Assembly: GCF_036971445.1 (NCBI RefSeq)
Contig: NC_091477.1
Location: 35,898,001 to 35,962,000 of the forward strand
DNA: 64,000 nt
Direction of reading: 5' to 3'
Source: Narcine bancroftii
Lineage: Eukaryota
In this document: one piece after another, positions 26,515-39,982 of the stretch
Position numbering within the stretch: the stretch's first letter is position 1
Layout: each line of letters starts with the position of its first letter
Notes under the pieces: generated by a model
Told to the model about the DNA's origin: nothing
Seen by the model: the letters and a program-made list of their open reading frames with translations, nothing else
The model's database searches: none
Made by a program: the position numbers and the translations under genes

Positions 26515-26795
26515 CTGTCGGGGAAGAGATACAGGAGCCTCAGATCCAGCACCACCAGTCTGAGGAACAGCTTCTTCCCACAGGTAGAGAGAATGCTGAA
26601 CGACCAAAGGAACGGCTCACACTAACCATCTGAAACACTATCTATCTATTTATTTATTTAGATATATTTGTCCCGCGTATGTATTATTTTTCGGTATGTG
26701 TGTTATATGGTTGTGTGTCTGCATGTTTTTGCACCGAGGACTGGAGAATGCAGTTTCGTCAGGTTGCACTTGTGCAATCAGATGACAACAAACAT
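26515..26795 (+). mobile_element. Rex1/Babar LINE 3' fragment
   Basis: SGKRYRSLRSSTTSLRNSFFPQ, followed by a 3'UTR matching 25110-25400. Confidence 0.8.
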
Positions 26796-27224
26796 GACTA
26801 TGCAGAGGACAAGCCAGTTCTCCATGCACCCATCTTCTGGCTATAAATATGATAACCTTAAGGTATGACCTCTTTTTATGAACTTGCGATTAAAGTGAAG
26901 ACAATGAATCTATTTTGACTGCTGAGTGCTGCGAATTACCAATGGTCTATTCCATCAAGCTGTCAGGTTAGGCTCTGTATTCTGTGGGTCTACTGCAAGT
27001 TGATTTAACAAGAGCTTTATGCTTACCTATAGCTTCAACCAGCTCCATGAAGTATCCCAAGGACTAATTAGTTATTGATTATGTAAACACTATTCATTCT
27101 ATAAAATCAATTTCACTTTTTTTCTTCTTCAGCAGTCCCTCGGGATCGAGGTTGACTTTACTTCCACTCCGGTTTTGAGGGTTTTTAGGCAGCTAGAGAG
27201 GCAAATGTAAAATTCAGACTCTTA

Positions 27225-27380
27225 CTGCACAGAAATTCTGGAGAACTTCAGCAGTTCACACAGCATAGGAAGCAAAGGAGTATGGGTATCCCTCCACTTC
27301 CTATAGATGTTGTGTCACCTGCTGAGGTTCTCCAGCACTTCTGCATATTGCACTGAAATTACCGTGTCTGCAGAACTTTC
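27225..27380. mobile_element. Short palindromic Penelope-derived element
   Basis: ctggagaacttcagcag ... ctgctgaggttctccag inverted ends, followed by gtctgcagaactttc. Confidence 0.65.
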
Positions 27381-27388
27381 CCGTATAA

Positions 27389-28398
27389 CAGGGGTGTCAA
27401 ACTCAAATTCACGGAGGGTCAAAATTAAAAACTTGGACTAAGTCGAGGGCCGAACTAAATATTTATTAAAAATTTTCAACAACATCTGCATGTTTTCTCT
27501 TCTTTCAACATATGTAATGTTAAACTTTTTCTTATTAAAATAAATGTTTAATAATAGTTTTGGATAAACTCTTTCCAGAAGCATTAACAAATGAGAAATA
27601 AAATAAATAAATAATATTTCTCTATAGAGGATTTGTCAAATGTTGCTAGTGTGCGGTCGAATAGTAAAATCTGAGGGCTATTGAGAATGTGGGAGAATAA
27701 CATGATTCCTGAAACAATCAAATGGGTGACTGATTGTGGGCATGAACTCTAGCAGGGTTATTTGCCATGCCCTTTTTCCATTGGTACAGATATCCTTTGA
27801 TTGACACACTTTTCAAGTTTTATGCCTAATGAGCTTGTATCCAGGTGCAGGACCATTTTTAACTAGGAATATATTTATCACGGTGACATGAAACTATTGG
27901 AAGATCGTTTTATCCTGAGATTAAAGTTCATAATACTTACTCAGGCCTGTGCGCGGGAGGGCGGGGTTTGCGGGCGATCGGGTTGGACGACGACAGTGCG
28001 GGGGCATCGGCTCTTGCTGCAGGGCGGCATCTCGGCGGATCAGCGGCCCCGTCATCGTGAGTCGCGGATCGGCCTGCGGCAGGGAGGGGGAGTGGGCAAC
28101 TGTCCTGGCAAGGTCAGGCCCGAGGCCTCCGGTTCCGGGCACTGGGAAGCGGCCTTGGCTTCCCCTGACACCGGCCAGGCCTCAAAACCAGAGTCCACGG
28201 TGAGACCCTGCAACGTAAACAGAGGAGGTGGGGGCGATTAGCAGGCTGACGCCAATGCATTCTGGGATTTGTTGTATTACTGTGCATGCACTATACTGGC
28301 GCGGCGGCCAGCGGGCCACCTCTAATACATTTTTGAAATGATCTTGCGGGCCAAATATAATTATATTGCGGGCCAAATTCCAGAGTTTGACATGTGTG
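27389..28398. mobile_element. Non-autonomous hAT (Charlie-like) DNA transposon, 1010 bp
   Basis: Termini CAGGGGTGTCAAACTC / GAGTTTGACATGTGTG, perfect 8-bp TSD CCGTATAA (27381-27388, 28399-28406) and subterminal gcgggcc motifs. Confidence 0.92.
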
Positions 28399-28479
28399 CC
28401 GTATAACTTCTGCAGATGGGCCGCTTTTAAGGCAAGTAGATGGGTTGTTTGTGATGTGGTGAATACTTTCTGTCACTTA

Positions 28480-28760
28480 CGAAAGGCTTCTGTTGATGCA
28501 TGGCTCTCAATAACATCCCAAATTTTCTCACGTTGAGGAGGATGAGGATTCCCAGGAGCATCTGAGTTCAGTTTTGGATCTTTTCTTTTGTCCATCTAGT
28601 AATTTCTTCCCATAACAGAGTGTGGAAATAGGTTTGGTGCCAGACCATGAAACAACATGGCCTGCCCAAAAGACTTGGTTATTAGTGTGGATTCCAGCCA
28701 TCAACACAGCTTCACTATCACTTGATGTCCTTGCCATCGCTGCTGATAACAGCATGTTCA
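28480..28760 (-). mobile_element. Old RTE LINE fragment
   Basis: FWAGHVV...CYGKKL.GQKKR is a decayed version of the RTE ORF end. Confidence 0.55.
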
Positions 28761-31394
28761 ATATTGCAAAAGAATAGAAAATGCAAAATGTGAATGAAAA
28801 GCTATCACAATTAATTTCATTGTCCTTCTTCCCAGGAATTTCAAAATTCTACTTGATCGTTTAACCAGATTGCAAACCTTTGTAATATATGCTATATTGA
28901 ATGAACATTTTCCTTTGCGTTGTAAACAATTACAAGGATGAATCTTGGTTTCTCCAGCACAAATGTTACCCCCACTTATCTCTTCTGTTGAAGTAGGTAA
29001 ACATTTTGAAGAATATTTCAAAACCAAAATAAAAAGTCCACACCTCTCTTGCATGTGTTAGTCAACACACAAGGTGATTGACCTGAAATATTATTTCTAC
29101 TTCCTCCCTATAGATCTGTTCAATATTTCCAGCAATTTGCTTTAATTTTAGATTTCTAGCAAACAAAGCCGTTTGTATTTGAACAGAAATTAATCAAACA
29201 GGGTGAAATGGGAACACTAACTGGAATGTACTTAAATGAGGTAGTTAATCCTATTCTAAACAACACCGTAACAAAAGGAGAAAATATTAGATATTTTTTT
29301 TAAAACATTGCAGCTGGTTTAACAGGATGAGACACTGAAGATTTATAGTAGAACGGTACATTATAGCTTTGAAATGAATACAGACTCTGGTATTGCATGA
29401 AGCTTAGCAACCATTGTTGAAGTGAAGTTCATTGTTGAACTGCTCTCAGGAAGTTCACAACATTGTAGTTAACCAGGGCTTTGTCTGGTAAATTAAGCTG
29501 ACCAAATGAAGCACCATCATTCAAAGTTTGATTGGACAATTATCTTCAAAGCAAAAACAGCCATACAAACAGGGATATGTGTGGCCAAATTGGAAAGCCA
29601 GGAGGGGAAATAAGATTGAACAAAGAGCAGGAATTCAATCTGCTCAGAGTTTCAACTCTTAAAATCTGTAAGAGTTCTGCTGAGTAAAACAGTTGGTTCC
29701 TGTGGGTAACTCAAAGCCTCCGCACACAATGCTGTTTTCTACTCCTGAAAAGTCGACTTGGCAGATTAATGATTTAACAAAATCTCCTCAGAGAGAAAAT
29801 AAAACATTATTTGAAAGGTGCTTCCGTGCATGGAGTTGAATGGAAGGAAGTATTTCAGTAAAAGTGACAACTGGTTCCAAATGGAACCTGTCCTGGTGAG
29901 ACAAACTAATTTGAAAAGCTGGCATGTCAGCCAATTTGAGCTCTAATAGCCAGTTATTACATTTGAACTTGCCTTGAGAAGCTTGCACTGATGCACCAAC
30001 ATGTAGCTAAATGGTGGCTAGCCTCAATGTTCATGCTGCTGTACCTGTAGGCTTCTTACAGCTACTTCCAATAAGAGTGTGAACTGGGAAGATTAATTTG
30101 CAGCAACTTGAAGCAGGATGGTTCAGCTTGGAGGGATAGATTGTCATGTACTCAATCGGGATGGGGGGCGGGGGGGATGTTCTACAAATGGAGTGTGGAG
30201 GTGGTCAGGCAAGGGAGGGAGGGGATTCTAACACGATTCCTGTCACTCTCTCTTTATATGGGAATGGAGGGATATGGATCACATACGGACAGAAGATATT
30301 AGATTAATATAACATTATGTTCAGTGCGAACATTGTGGGCTAAAGGACCTGTTCTATGTTCTATCTGCGGCTCCTGTGCTTAATCCTCTAGTATGGATGT
30401 TTATAGTGAGACCTCGTTGTCTCCAAACTGTGGAACATGCAGGACGTCACCATGAATCAACAGTCTGCCATGACCTCTTGTTCCTTTCACTTACATTTCT
30501 ATATTTCTCCTTCTTCCAACCCCAACCTTACCAAAATTCTGATGAGAAAGCATTCTCTTTCCCTTGGTGACTCTTGGAAGGTGGCACAGCACTTACAATT
30601 TTCAGGTCAAGCTCCCAAAAATTCTCTGGAATAAATGTTACGGTTGCTGGTGGAATGCTAGCAAGATGTTCCTCAAAATGACTGCAAATTTTCAGTAGCA
30701 AATAAAAGCTCCAATAACAATGAAAAGTTCATCCCTCATCAGCTGGTCACTATTAGAGAGCATCAAGTGGTAACCACCAACATTCTGAACAGTCTCCTTG
30801 ATGAGTGCTGGCAGTAGTTAGCTGGCAAAAGGCAATAAATGATTCTCCAGAAGATTGTCCCAAGGACCAATCACCATTCACTTGAGAGATTCTTTGATGC
30901 TTAAAGGATTTGGAGATCATCAGCCTTTCATCCTCAGGGTATCCCAAAATGCTTCAAATCATTACTTTGCTGTGACTATGAAAGACAAAGTTTTTGCAAA
31001 CTCCCTTCCATAACAATAAAATAACACTGTTCTATTTAATCAACAGCGTTGTTTGAAGGATCCACATTGGCTACTAGACTTGAAACCATATTTTAAAATT
31101 ACTTTGTGTCTAAACAAATAATTTGAATAGTTAATACAGTATCTATTAGGAAGGACAGTTCTTCCGACACTGCACATTGAGACAACCTGAATTGCGAGCA
31201 CTGAATTTGATACTGAAAGCACAATATAAAATCCAATGCATGAGAAAGAGACAGCATGAATCAAACTAGTATAAAGTTTTTTTTTTGAGGTATTAATGCT
31301 TTGCTACTTTTTAATGGTTTTGCACCAGGTTAGTCATGAGTATAACTGTGTTTTGTATTGTTAGGGAGATTAAGCAATTAAAAGAGTGCAACAC

Positions 31395-32006
31395 AGAAAA
31401 GTTTGCAGATGCTATGATTGTAGAAAACACACACAACTAGTCACAGAGTCCGTAGGAGTTAGAGATATAATGCCAAAGTTTTGGGCCTGAGGACTTCTTC
31501 CTGGTATAAGCAAAAAGCAGGCAGGGGTCGGAACAAATACTGGCAGAGAAAGGGGGAAAAATTGGGAAGGGGAGGAGCCCAGATCAACAAACAAAAGGTG
31601 TTAATTGGGTATGATGAGGAAAAGTGAGAATTGATTTTGGCTCTGTGAAAAGAAACAGATGAAGGGGGGGGGAGAGAGAGACAGAGAGAGAGAACAAATT
31701 AGAGGAGACAGATGGACAAAGACGTCTCCTTTCCTTTAGTTCTCTCTCACCCTCCCCTTTGCTCCATCTCCTTTAACAAAATCAGTTCTCACCTTTCCTC
31801 TTAGTCACTTAACACCTTTTGTCTGTTGGTCTGGGCTACCCCCCCCCCCCTGAATTCTTCCCCTTTCTCTCCCGATCTTTATTCAGATGCCTATCTGCTT
31901 TTTGCTTATATCTTGAAAATGGACATAGGCCCGAAACATCAGTAAAATATCTTTACCTCTTATGGACACTGTGACGGAGTTCCTCGAGCATTTACTGTGT
32001 GTATTT
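31395..32006. mobile_element. ~600-bp palindromic Penelope-derived element
   Basis: Purine-rich left arm mirrors a pyrimidine-rich right arm (ggtataagcaaaaagcaggca / tgcctatctgctttttgcttata); Penelope termini at both ends. Confidence 0.75.
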
Positions 32007-35000
32007 AAAAATATATATCACAAGGGGATAACGCTCCAATGTCTCTGGGCAAATTTCTAGTTCCTGGTTGATCCAGAAACAATTGCATGTGCAATCAAAT
32101 GTATCTACAATGGCTTTGACTTAAAATACATGCAAAATACATGCACAAAGGGTTAAGCATCTCAGCAAGCATCAGATAAAAATGGCGTCCTAAGGAGGTC
32201 AGGCCTTTGCTGTATCTCTCACTCTGCCATTGTTTCTGCGCACTGGCAGGGCAAGTGGAATGCCTTATGCTGAACATGGGCAACAAGATACCTGGGCAGG
32301 GGAATAAAGTCTTGTAGTTTAAGGCAGCTTTATGGCAAATCATGACTGTGGAAACATAGTTGGACAAAATAGCACACAGGTAGTATTATAAACTACTTTG
32401 TTCTTTTGAAAACTGGTACAAATTGTGTTCTGCAAGAACACTTACAAGTTATGAGCAAAAAAAAAAAATCAATTAGAAATACTGAAGAATTCACTGAAAG
32501 CCTGGCTTAAAATATATGCAGGTCTCTATGTTACTACATGTCAAAAACATGAAACAGTCTTTAAGGAGCTAATTATTCTCATGCCAATCATTTTTCACAA
32601 ACTTTAAAGAATTTAGCTCAGTTCCTATAAACTATATTTTATCAGCAAATACAGCAATGAAAATTTCCCCCAATAATTATTTTGGGATCTCTCAAATTTA
32701 CTAAAAATGAAGAGACCAAGACAGGGACAGAAAAATGTTAAAAGATAAATTCTGAGCCCATTTTCAATTTCACCCCATTTCCACACAACGAATAACAAAA
32801 TCCAGCCAGATAGCTGCAGGATTACTTGCTAAACTTGAGCTAAAAATGATTAGGTTCAAATCCCTCTGCAAGATTTAAGCACCTCATTTGAGTTTACATT
32901 ACTAAAACGTTGTTCTAGTGTTTGGAAGTGCTGTAGTTGAGTCTCGATGATAAACTCAGACCTTAATTTGTTGGAAAAGACACTATTTTGTCATTAGAAG
33001 AATAGCAAATATTCACAAAACTTTTAAACTTGTTAATTATTTAGAGTTCCAGGTTTGACATAGCAGTGAAGTGATACATGGTCAATTCACATTTCACTCA
33101 CTTGAATATATATGCCTAAAATGCAGGATGTGCCCATAGAACATCTGAGAGAGATACAGAAAGAGAGTGCCAAAAAAGTGTTTTGGAGGCTGGCCTGCCA
33201 CTTAAAACTTCAGTTGCAAGAATGGACATTTCACATTTTCAGGCTAGAAGATATTCCAACTAGTTCTCCTTCAAGAGGCTGCACTTAGAGATATATTACC
33301 CAGAGGTCCAAGTGGGCCAGTAGCTTTGATGATGGGCATTGCAAGGCTATGTGTATCTGTATGTGGAGGGTCGATCCATTGCCAGATCATTGATAACCAT
33401 GTGAAAGGGAGCGTGTCGCAAAGGGCCAAGATCATCACCAGTGAATCCTTAGTTAAACTATGTCAGCTCATTTAGGAAAGCCACATTGTTTTCACATCCA
33501 ACATCAGACTCCCTGTATCCTGTCACAGGAAGAGATTAGCAGAGAGAGACAGAGGAAAAAGAATTCAAGGATATGCTTAAAGTCTCCTTGGTTTAAAAAG
33601 GGAATATCCCCAGCAACCTTTAGCTAAGCCTGGCCTCCAACATTCCAATAGAGAAGAAAAATTCAGGATGCTGTTAAGAACATCAAGTCCATGCACAGCA
33701 ATCACGAAGAACCCCTGTACAAGAAGGCATGCTCTTTTTCACAAAGTCACCTCCCTATGCCACAGAAGCCGTAAAACCATGGAAGAAGCCCTCCTCAACC
33801 CCAAGGGAGTGTGCATGAGTGGCCATGCATGCATGTCGTGTGTACAAGTAGGGTGCATGTGTGCTGATGAGCGAGTGAGTAATTTTGTAAGGGGGATGAA
33901 TGTTGGGATCTGGGTTAAGAACTGACAGATGGTGGTATGAGGAGGATAAGGAAAGTGGGAGACTTAGGCCATTGAAGCTTGGGAGAGCAGAGCATGGTAG
34001 TGAAGTGGGAGAAATTTGGAGAGGGGATAGTAGAAGGGCTTGGTAATTGGCAGTGCTGTTTCATTCAAAATAAAATTGGGTTTGGAGTGGACGGGGGAAG
34101 TGTGTAGGAAAGTGTGCCTGTCAACCCAGACCTGAAATAGCATTGAGGTGACAATAGTGACTGGAAAAAAAAACCAGCTCAACCAAGACAATTATTACAG
34201 ACAGGGAGGATGCTTTAACTGGAACTATGATTGATGGTAGGAAGCAATTGTATTCGATATCCATCCACCTGCTAATGACTTGGATTGGCAGTAAGGTGCT
34301 CTGGATTAATTTGATTGGCCTCTTATGTTAAAATGCTAGAAAACCAGTTTGACCATTAGCTTCGTTTCTTTGTTTTGACCATTGGCTTTAATAGGTATAT
34401 AAATCCAAAATTGTGCTGAAGTTTGCCAATGTTTTGGAATGGCTGGATAGCACGTTATACTTCACTGTATTTCAATACATCCGACATAAATATAGCTAAG
34501 TATTGACTCTGTATATATAATTACATGGATGGAAATTTTAAAATAAAATATTCAAACTTTCGAAGAGATATGAAATTGAATAGTTTGCTTTCATGCTTCA
34601 CCCTGGAAATAAAAATCAATGTTCAATTGCACATGTCTGAAAATAGTCATACAATTGAATTTCCAGGCAGTAACAGAGACTGGCATTTCAATGAGAAAGT
34701 GATTGCTGTTCTGTCAACTGTACCATTTAGCTGAGACATTAATCAGTCTGGCCTCTAAAGTGCATATAAATGTTCCAAAATCCTTCTGGAAACAGGCCAG
34801 GGATGTTCCTCCAATGCCCTGATTAATATTTATTTGAAAACAGATGCCCGAGAACAGACAATCCGTCGACTTGTTGCTTCGATTGTGGGAATTGTGTTCG
34901 AGTACATTGAGGCTCAGTGGGTTTCATGGACTTCTCTTTATTTAATCACTTTGACCTTTTCTGTTCCATATAGCATGTTCAGTATCTATCTGCCGAGACA

Positions 35001-35449
35001 TATGCTATACCCATATTTTATCAGGTTTATCAACTATAAAGGGGAAATGCAAGCTTGTTTTATGAGACGTGATTGCTTATTCCACTCAATTGATTAAAAT
35101 AGCAAGAGGATTGAATTTTTAAAAATTGGACTAATAGATGATACGTTGTCATGGTCGCTTACATACTTGGGTCAGGAGTAGAGCTGGTGCCGTATCCGAA
35201 CGCACATGTGCGGGTCAGAATGGGGAGTGCGGACAGTGTGATGGATCACTTGCATGCACAGGGTCACAGATGGAGGAGATTAGGAGCATCATGGTCACCT
35301 GCATGAGAGAGAGCCAATAAAACAGGCAGAAGAGCTCTGATGAGAGGTGTTTTATGGGAAGAAAAGTTGTGATTTGAGAGAGGAATAAAGGATGATGCCA
35401 CTTTGGTGCTGAAGAAAAAGTGTTGTTTTAATTTGGTGCATATCATACA

Positions 35450-36770
35450 ATTTACAGTCCCTGGTGTCCCCGAGGGTTCAAAGCAACTTCTAAGTCAAAT
35501 CCCAGTACCCAAGAGGAGTAGTGTCAGCACTAACTTCTACTGTGATGAAATGCTTTGAGAGGCTGGTCAGGGCCACAATTTAACACGTACCTAAACAAAG
35601 ATCTGGACCTGCTGCAATTCACCTATCGTCACAATTGCTCCACAGCAGATGCAAACTCTCCACTCAGCTCTGGATCACCTTGAAAACAGCAATTTGTACA
35701 TACGGCTACTCTTCACTGACTACAGCTTGGCCTTCAATCCCATTATTCCCTCAGTGCTGGTCAAGAAGCTACAAACTCTAGACTTCTGTACCCACCCCTG
35801 CAACTGGATCCTTGACTTTCTAATTGGAAGACCACAGTCAGTACCAATTGGAAACAACGTCTCATCCTCATTACTTATCAACACAGGCACACCCCAAGGT
35901 TGCATACTTAGTCCACTCCTCTACTCATTATACACCCATGACTGTGTGGCCAGGCACAATTCTAATCCTATTTGCAAGTTTACCGATGACACCACAGTTC
36001 TCAGTATAATCACAAATGTCAATGAGGGAGTGGACAGGAGGGAGATAGATCAACTCCTTGAATGGTGTAATGACAACAACCTTGCGCTCACGTCAGCAAA
36101 ACCAAGGAGATGATTGTGGACTTCAGGGGAACATGACCCAGTCCTCATTGAGGGCTCAATAATGGAGATGGTCAAGAACTTCAAATTTCTGGGTGTCAAC
36201 ATTTCCAAGGATCTGTCCTGGAGCCTCCATGTTGATGCAATCACAAAGAAGGCTCACCAGCAGCTATATTTTAAGAGGTGTCTGAAGAGATTCAGTATGT
36301 CACTGAAAAACTTCTACAGGTCCTTTGTGGAGAGCATTCTGGCTGGTTGCATCACTGACTGGTATGGAGGCGCCAACTCTCAGGACCACAATAAACTTGG
36401 CCTACAATGTTACAGGCACCAGATTTCACTTAATCAAGGACATCAACACGAGGTGATGTCTTTAAAAAATGCAGCCTTTGCCCTCAAAGGCCCCTACTAC
36501 CCAGGCCATGTCCTCTTCACTCTGCTACCATCAGGAAAAAAGGTACAGGAGCCTAAAGACAAGCACTCAACGGAACAAGGACAGCTTCTTCCCTGCTGCC
36601 ATCAGATTCCTGAATAATCAATGAACCAAATGCTCTATTATTGTTATTTTTTATTTTATTTTTAATAGTAATATCGTAAGATGGTTATAATATGAATGTC
36701 TGCACTGTGACGCTGCCGTAAAAACTCCAAATTTCATGACTTGTTCATGACAATAAACCCTGATTCTGAT
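35450..36770 (+). mobile_element. Rex1/Babar LINE nested in the Gypsy element
   Basis: CNWILDFL, TGTPQGCILSPLLYSLYTHDC, KFTDDT and KKAHQQLYF motifs; tail caataaaccctgattctgat. Confidence 0.9.
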
Positions 36771-39457
36771 CATAAAATGTTATGAGGGTAAACCAGTTAA
36801 GGGGCAACCAGGGAGATTAAACTTCAGCTCCCCCCCCCACCTTTTATCAACAATGCACCGGCATGTTTCTTGTTTCTTGAGGCACGTTTCTTCTCGTTAA
36901 ATGTGAAGAGGCAGAAGATAAAGTTTGATTTGCTTGTGCACAACACCCAGAGCAGATTGCCTGTAAAGTAGAAGACGTTCTACAGTAGCTGAACTACTGG
37001 GCGACAATATCCTTGGCGACTGAAAGCTTGGAAGATGGCACAGATGGGCTGGGGTAGAGCCTATTGAAGGGGAAGTATGGAAGCAAGGATTCTTCCACTG
37101 TTTGCCTCCTCGAATTCAAGGACACCTGGTAAGTGTTTTTCAAGTTTTCACCCTTGATGAATTTAGCATTGTAATTAATCCAACTAAATGCATTTTTGGT
37201 GCTGCTAAACTTACATTTTTAGGACATAAAGTTACCATCGATAGTCTCTTGCTAGATGAAACAAAGGTATGAGAAATTTGAGATGGAGGGCCATTCTGCT
37301 ACCTCTCAGAGCACAACCATCAAGGAGCCATTTTACTACTTACTTTCTTTCAACCGATTCTCTCTCTCTGGGATAATCCCGAACTTCCCTCCCTGATTCT
37401 CTAACCACCTACCTGTACTAGAGGCAAATTTGCAGTCACCAGTTAACCCAGCAATTAACTAAGATGGGAGTGGTCAACGCCAGAAAAGAAAAAAAAAATC
37501 AATGGTGAGAAGCCTACTGGATCTCTGAAGGCAGATTACTTGACAGCTTGTAGACAGGTAATCCAAACCAATGTCTGATCATCGTTGCATTGCTATTTCT
37601 GTAAGTACACTGGATTCAATTTGTCTGTCTCCCTTCTGCAGCAAGAACTTTATTGACTTGACTGCAAATTATTTGTGCAGTACATGCCTATATAAACACT
37701 GCCTATATAAACACTATCTCTAACACATACTGTGCAAACAAGCACACACCAATACTTACCATATGAAGTTTGACTCTTGGATTTCATCTTACAAATTTCT
37801 TCAAATATATGGCACACCCAAGGGAAGGTGAATGCAGTGGCTAATGCCCTAACCAGGTGCAATATAGAGAAATGACATACAACGATTACCACTGATTTCA
37901 CTGCCATAGCTCATGCTCAGCACACTGATCCTAATCTCATCTGGTACCATCAGATCAACACAGGTCACCACTTCAAAAACGTACACCTGGATGACTCAGG
38001 TAAAACACTAGCTTGCAACTTTTCCACAGGTAGACCCAGGCCTTTTGTACTCGTGGCAATGCAGCAGGAGGTCTTCAGTGCGCTCCATAGCCTATCTCAT
38101 CCAGGCAGGAGAATGTCAGTCAAACTGATTATGGAATGGTTTACCTAGCCTCATATTAAGCGGGATGCCATATCAATGTTCTAAAGTCTCCAGACACATG
38201 AAATCTACACTTGGAGATTTTCCAGACTCTCGATTCGATCACATGCCCCTGGACTTGGCCAGGCAACTTCCACTATTAAGAGGATACACTTACCTGTTCA
38301 CGTGTGAGGACTGGGCTACAGGTGGTAGGAGGCCATTCCTGTCATGAACATTTCTGCGGAGATTGCCACTCAGACTTTCGATGATCGCTGGGCTCCGGCT
38401 TTTGGTGTTCTGGGCACCATTGCTGAAGGTCTCAGTTTGAGTCACTATTGTTCTGAGCTCTCACTGATCGTTTGGGCAACACCTGCATTCGGACTATGGC
38501 CGACCATCCGCAGACCTCCGGCCTTGTTGAGTGTTTCCACCATCAATTGGACGCAGCATTGACAAGGGATGGTGATGAAAATATTTACCCATGGTGCTCC
38601 TTGGCGTGTGCACTGCCGTAAAAGCTGACCTTTGTTGTTCAGCTGCACACTGACTCCACCTGGCAAATTTGTTAATCCATGTACGATAACTGAGCTCCAC
38701 GATGTCTGCCTACGAAAAGCCTCTGAATGCTCAGACCAACACCTATGCAACATGCATCAACTGCATATATTGCATGATTTACAACACTGCATGTGTTTGT
38801 GCAACATGACGCCGTTGCCGACCACTTCAGCCTGCTTATGACAGCCCTTATGAGGTCATACAACACCACCCAAAAGTTTTGAGATCCAGCGGAATGGGAA
38901 GGCTGACTCTGCCTTCATTGACTGTGTGAAGCGTGCATATCGACGGTCCACTTTCTTTGTCGCCGTCAACTCCAAACAAACATTTGGACCGCTGCCAGTC
39001 GGATCATCCACGACCTGCATTTCAGTACCAGACTAAATTGGGCCAGAGTGTCATCCCTCCAGACTGCTACGTAGAGGGACAGATCCAGTCAGTCGCATCG
39101 TCACATGGCTCGGTTGCAGTGGCGATGGCGTACTTGCGCGGATCTGGAGGAGAGCCAGTCACTACTGGTGACACATCAGGGTGACACGCAAGAGAAGTAA
39201 TGCACATGCACGGGTCAGAACGGGGGGAGTGCAGACAGTGTAATGGACCACGTGCATGCGCAGGGTCACAGGAGGACATAAGGAGCGCCGCGGTCATCTG
39301 TGTAGCAGAGAGCCGACGAAAAGGGCAAGGGCACTTTGGTGAGGTGTTTTAAGGGAAGAAGGAAAGTGGTGGGTGTTTTAGAGAAGAATAAAGGTGGTCA
39401 ACACCATTTTTGTGCTGAAGCATGAGTGAGTGTGTTCTTTTCATTGTGTGTATAAAC

Positions 39458-39718
39458 GCCTCAAACCGTGCATCTTGGCGCCTCACAGTTTGGCGGGCAG
39501 CAACCTCCTTTGAAGAAGACCGCAGAGCCCACCTCACTGACAAAAGGCAAAGGAGGAAAAACCCAACACCCAACCCCAACCAACCAATTTTCCCTTGCAA
39601 CCGCTGCAATCGTGTCTGCCTGTCCCGCATCGGACTTGTCAGCCACAAACGAGCCTGCAGCTGACGTGGACTTTTTTACCCCCTCCATAAATCTTCGTCC
39701 GCGAAGCCAAGCCAAAGA
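39458..39718 (+). mobile_element. Young RTE LINE 3' fragment
   Basis: ASNRASWRLTVWRAATSFEEDRR...VSHKRACS plus 3'UTR, nearly identical to the reverse complement of 8750-9000. Confidence 0.93.
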
Positions 39719-39982
39719 TATTGCATAGCTTACAGCCATCACAATACAAGTTTCTCCACAGGCAGAAATCCAAATCTAATTTCCTCTTCATTTAATGGCT
39801 CAATTGTAGCTGTAGAATGCACTTCGTTCAACCCTGTGCCAGCTGTACTAAATGGTAAAGTCACTAAGGAATCAACCTTGATTCAGTGATACTACTTTAA
39901 ATGAGACGACCATGAGGCAAACTCTACTCCAGTGCAATGAACTGAGTGGATGTCAAGTTTGAAATCTACTGTTGGTGTAAAA

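Larger units (their letters stand above)
35147..39750 (+). mobile_element. Decayed Gypsy LTR retrotransposon with both LTRs and nested insertions
   Basis: Direct repeats ~35147-35450 and ~39100-39456. RT remnant IVINPTKCIFGAAKLTFLGHKV (~37167-37235), RNase H remnant GKVNAVANALTR (~37820) and integrase remnants STGRPRPFV, HSLSHPG and RGYTYLFT. Confidence 0.8.

Noticed and set aside
37686-37715. 15-bp tandem duplication (gcctatataaacact x2) with TATA-like core
   Set aside because: Simple slippage duplication inside the decayed Gypsy region; no evidence of promoter function.
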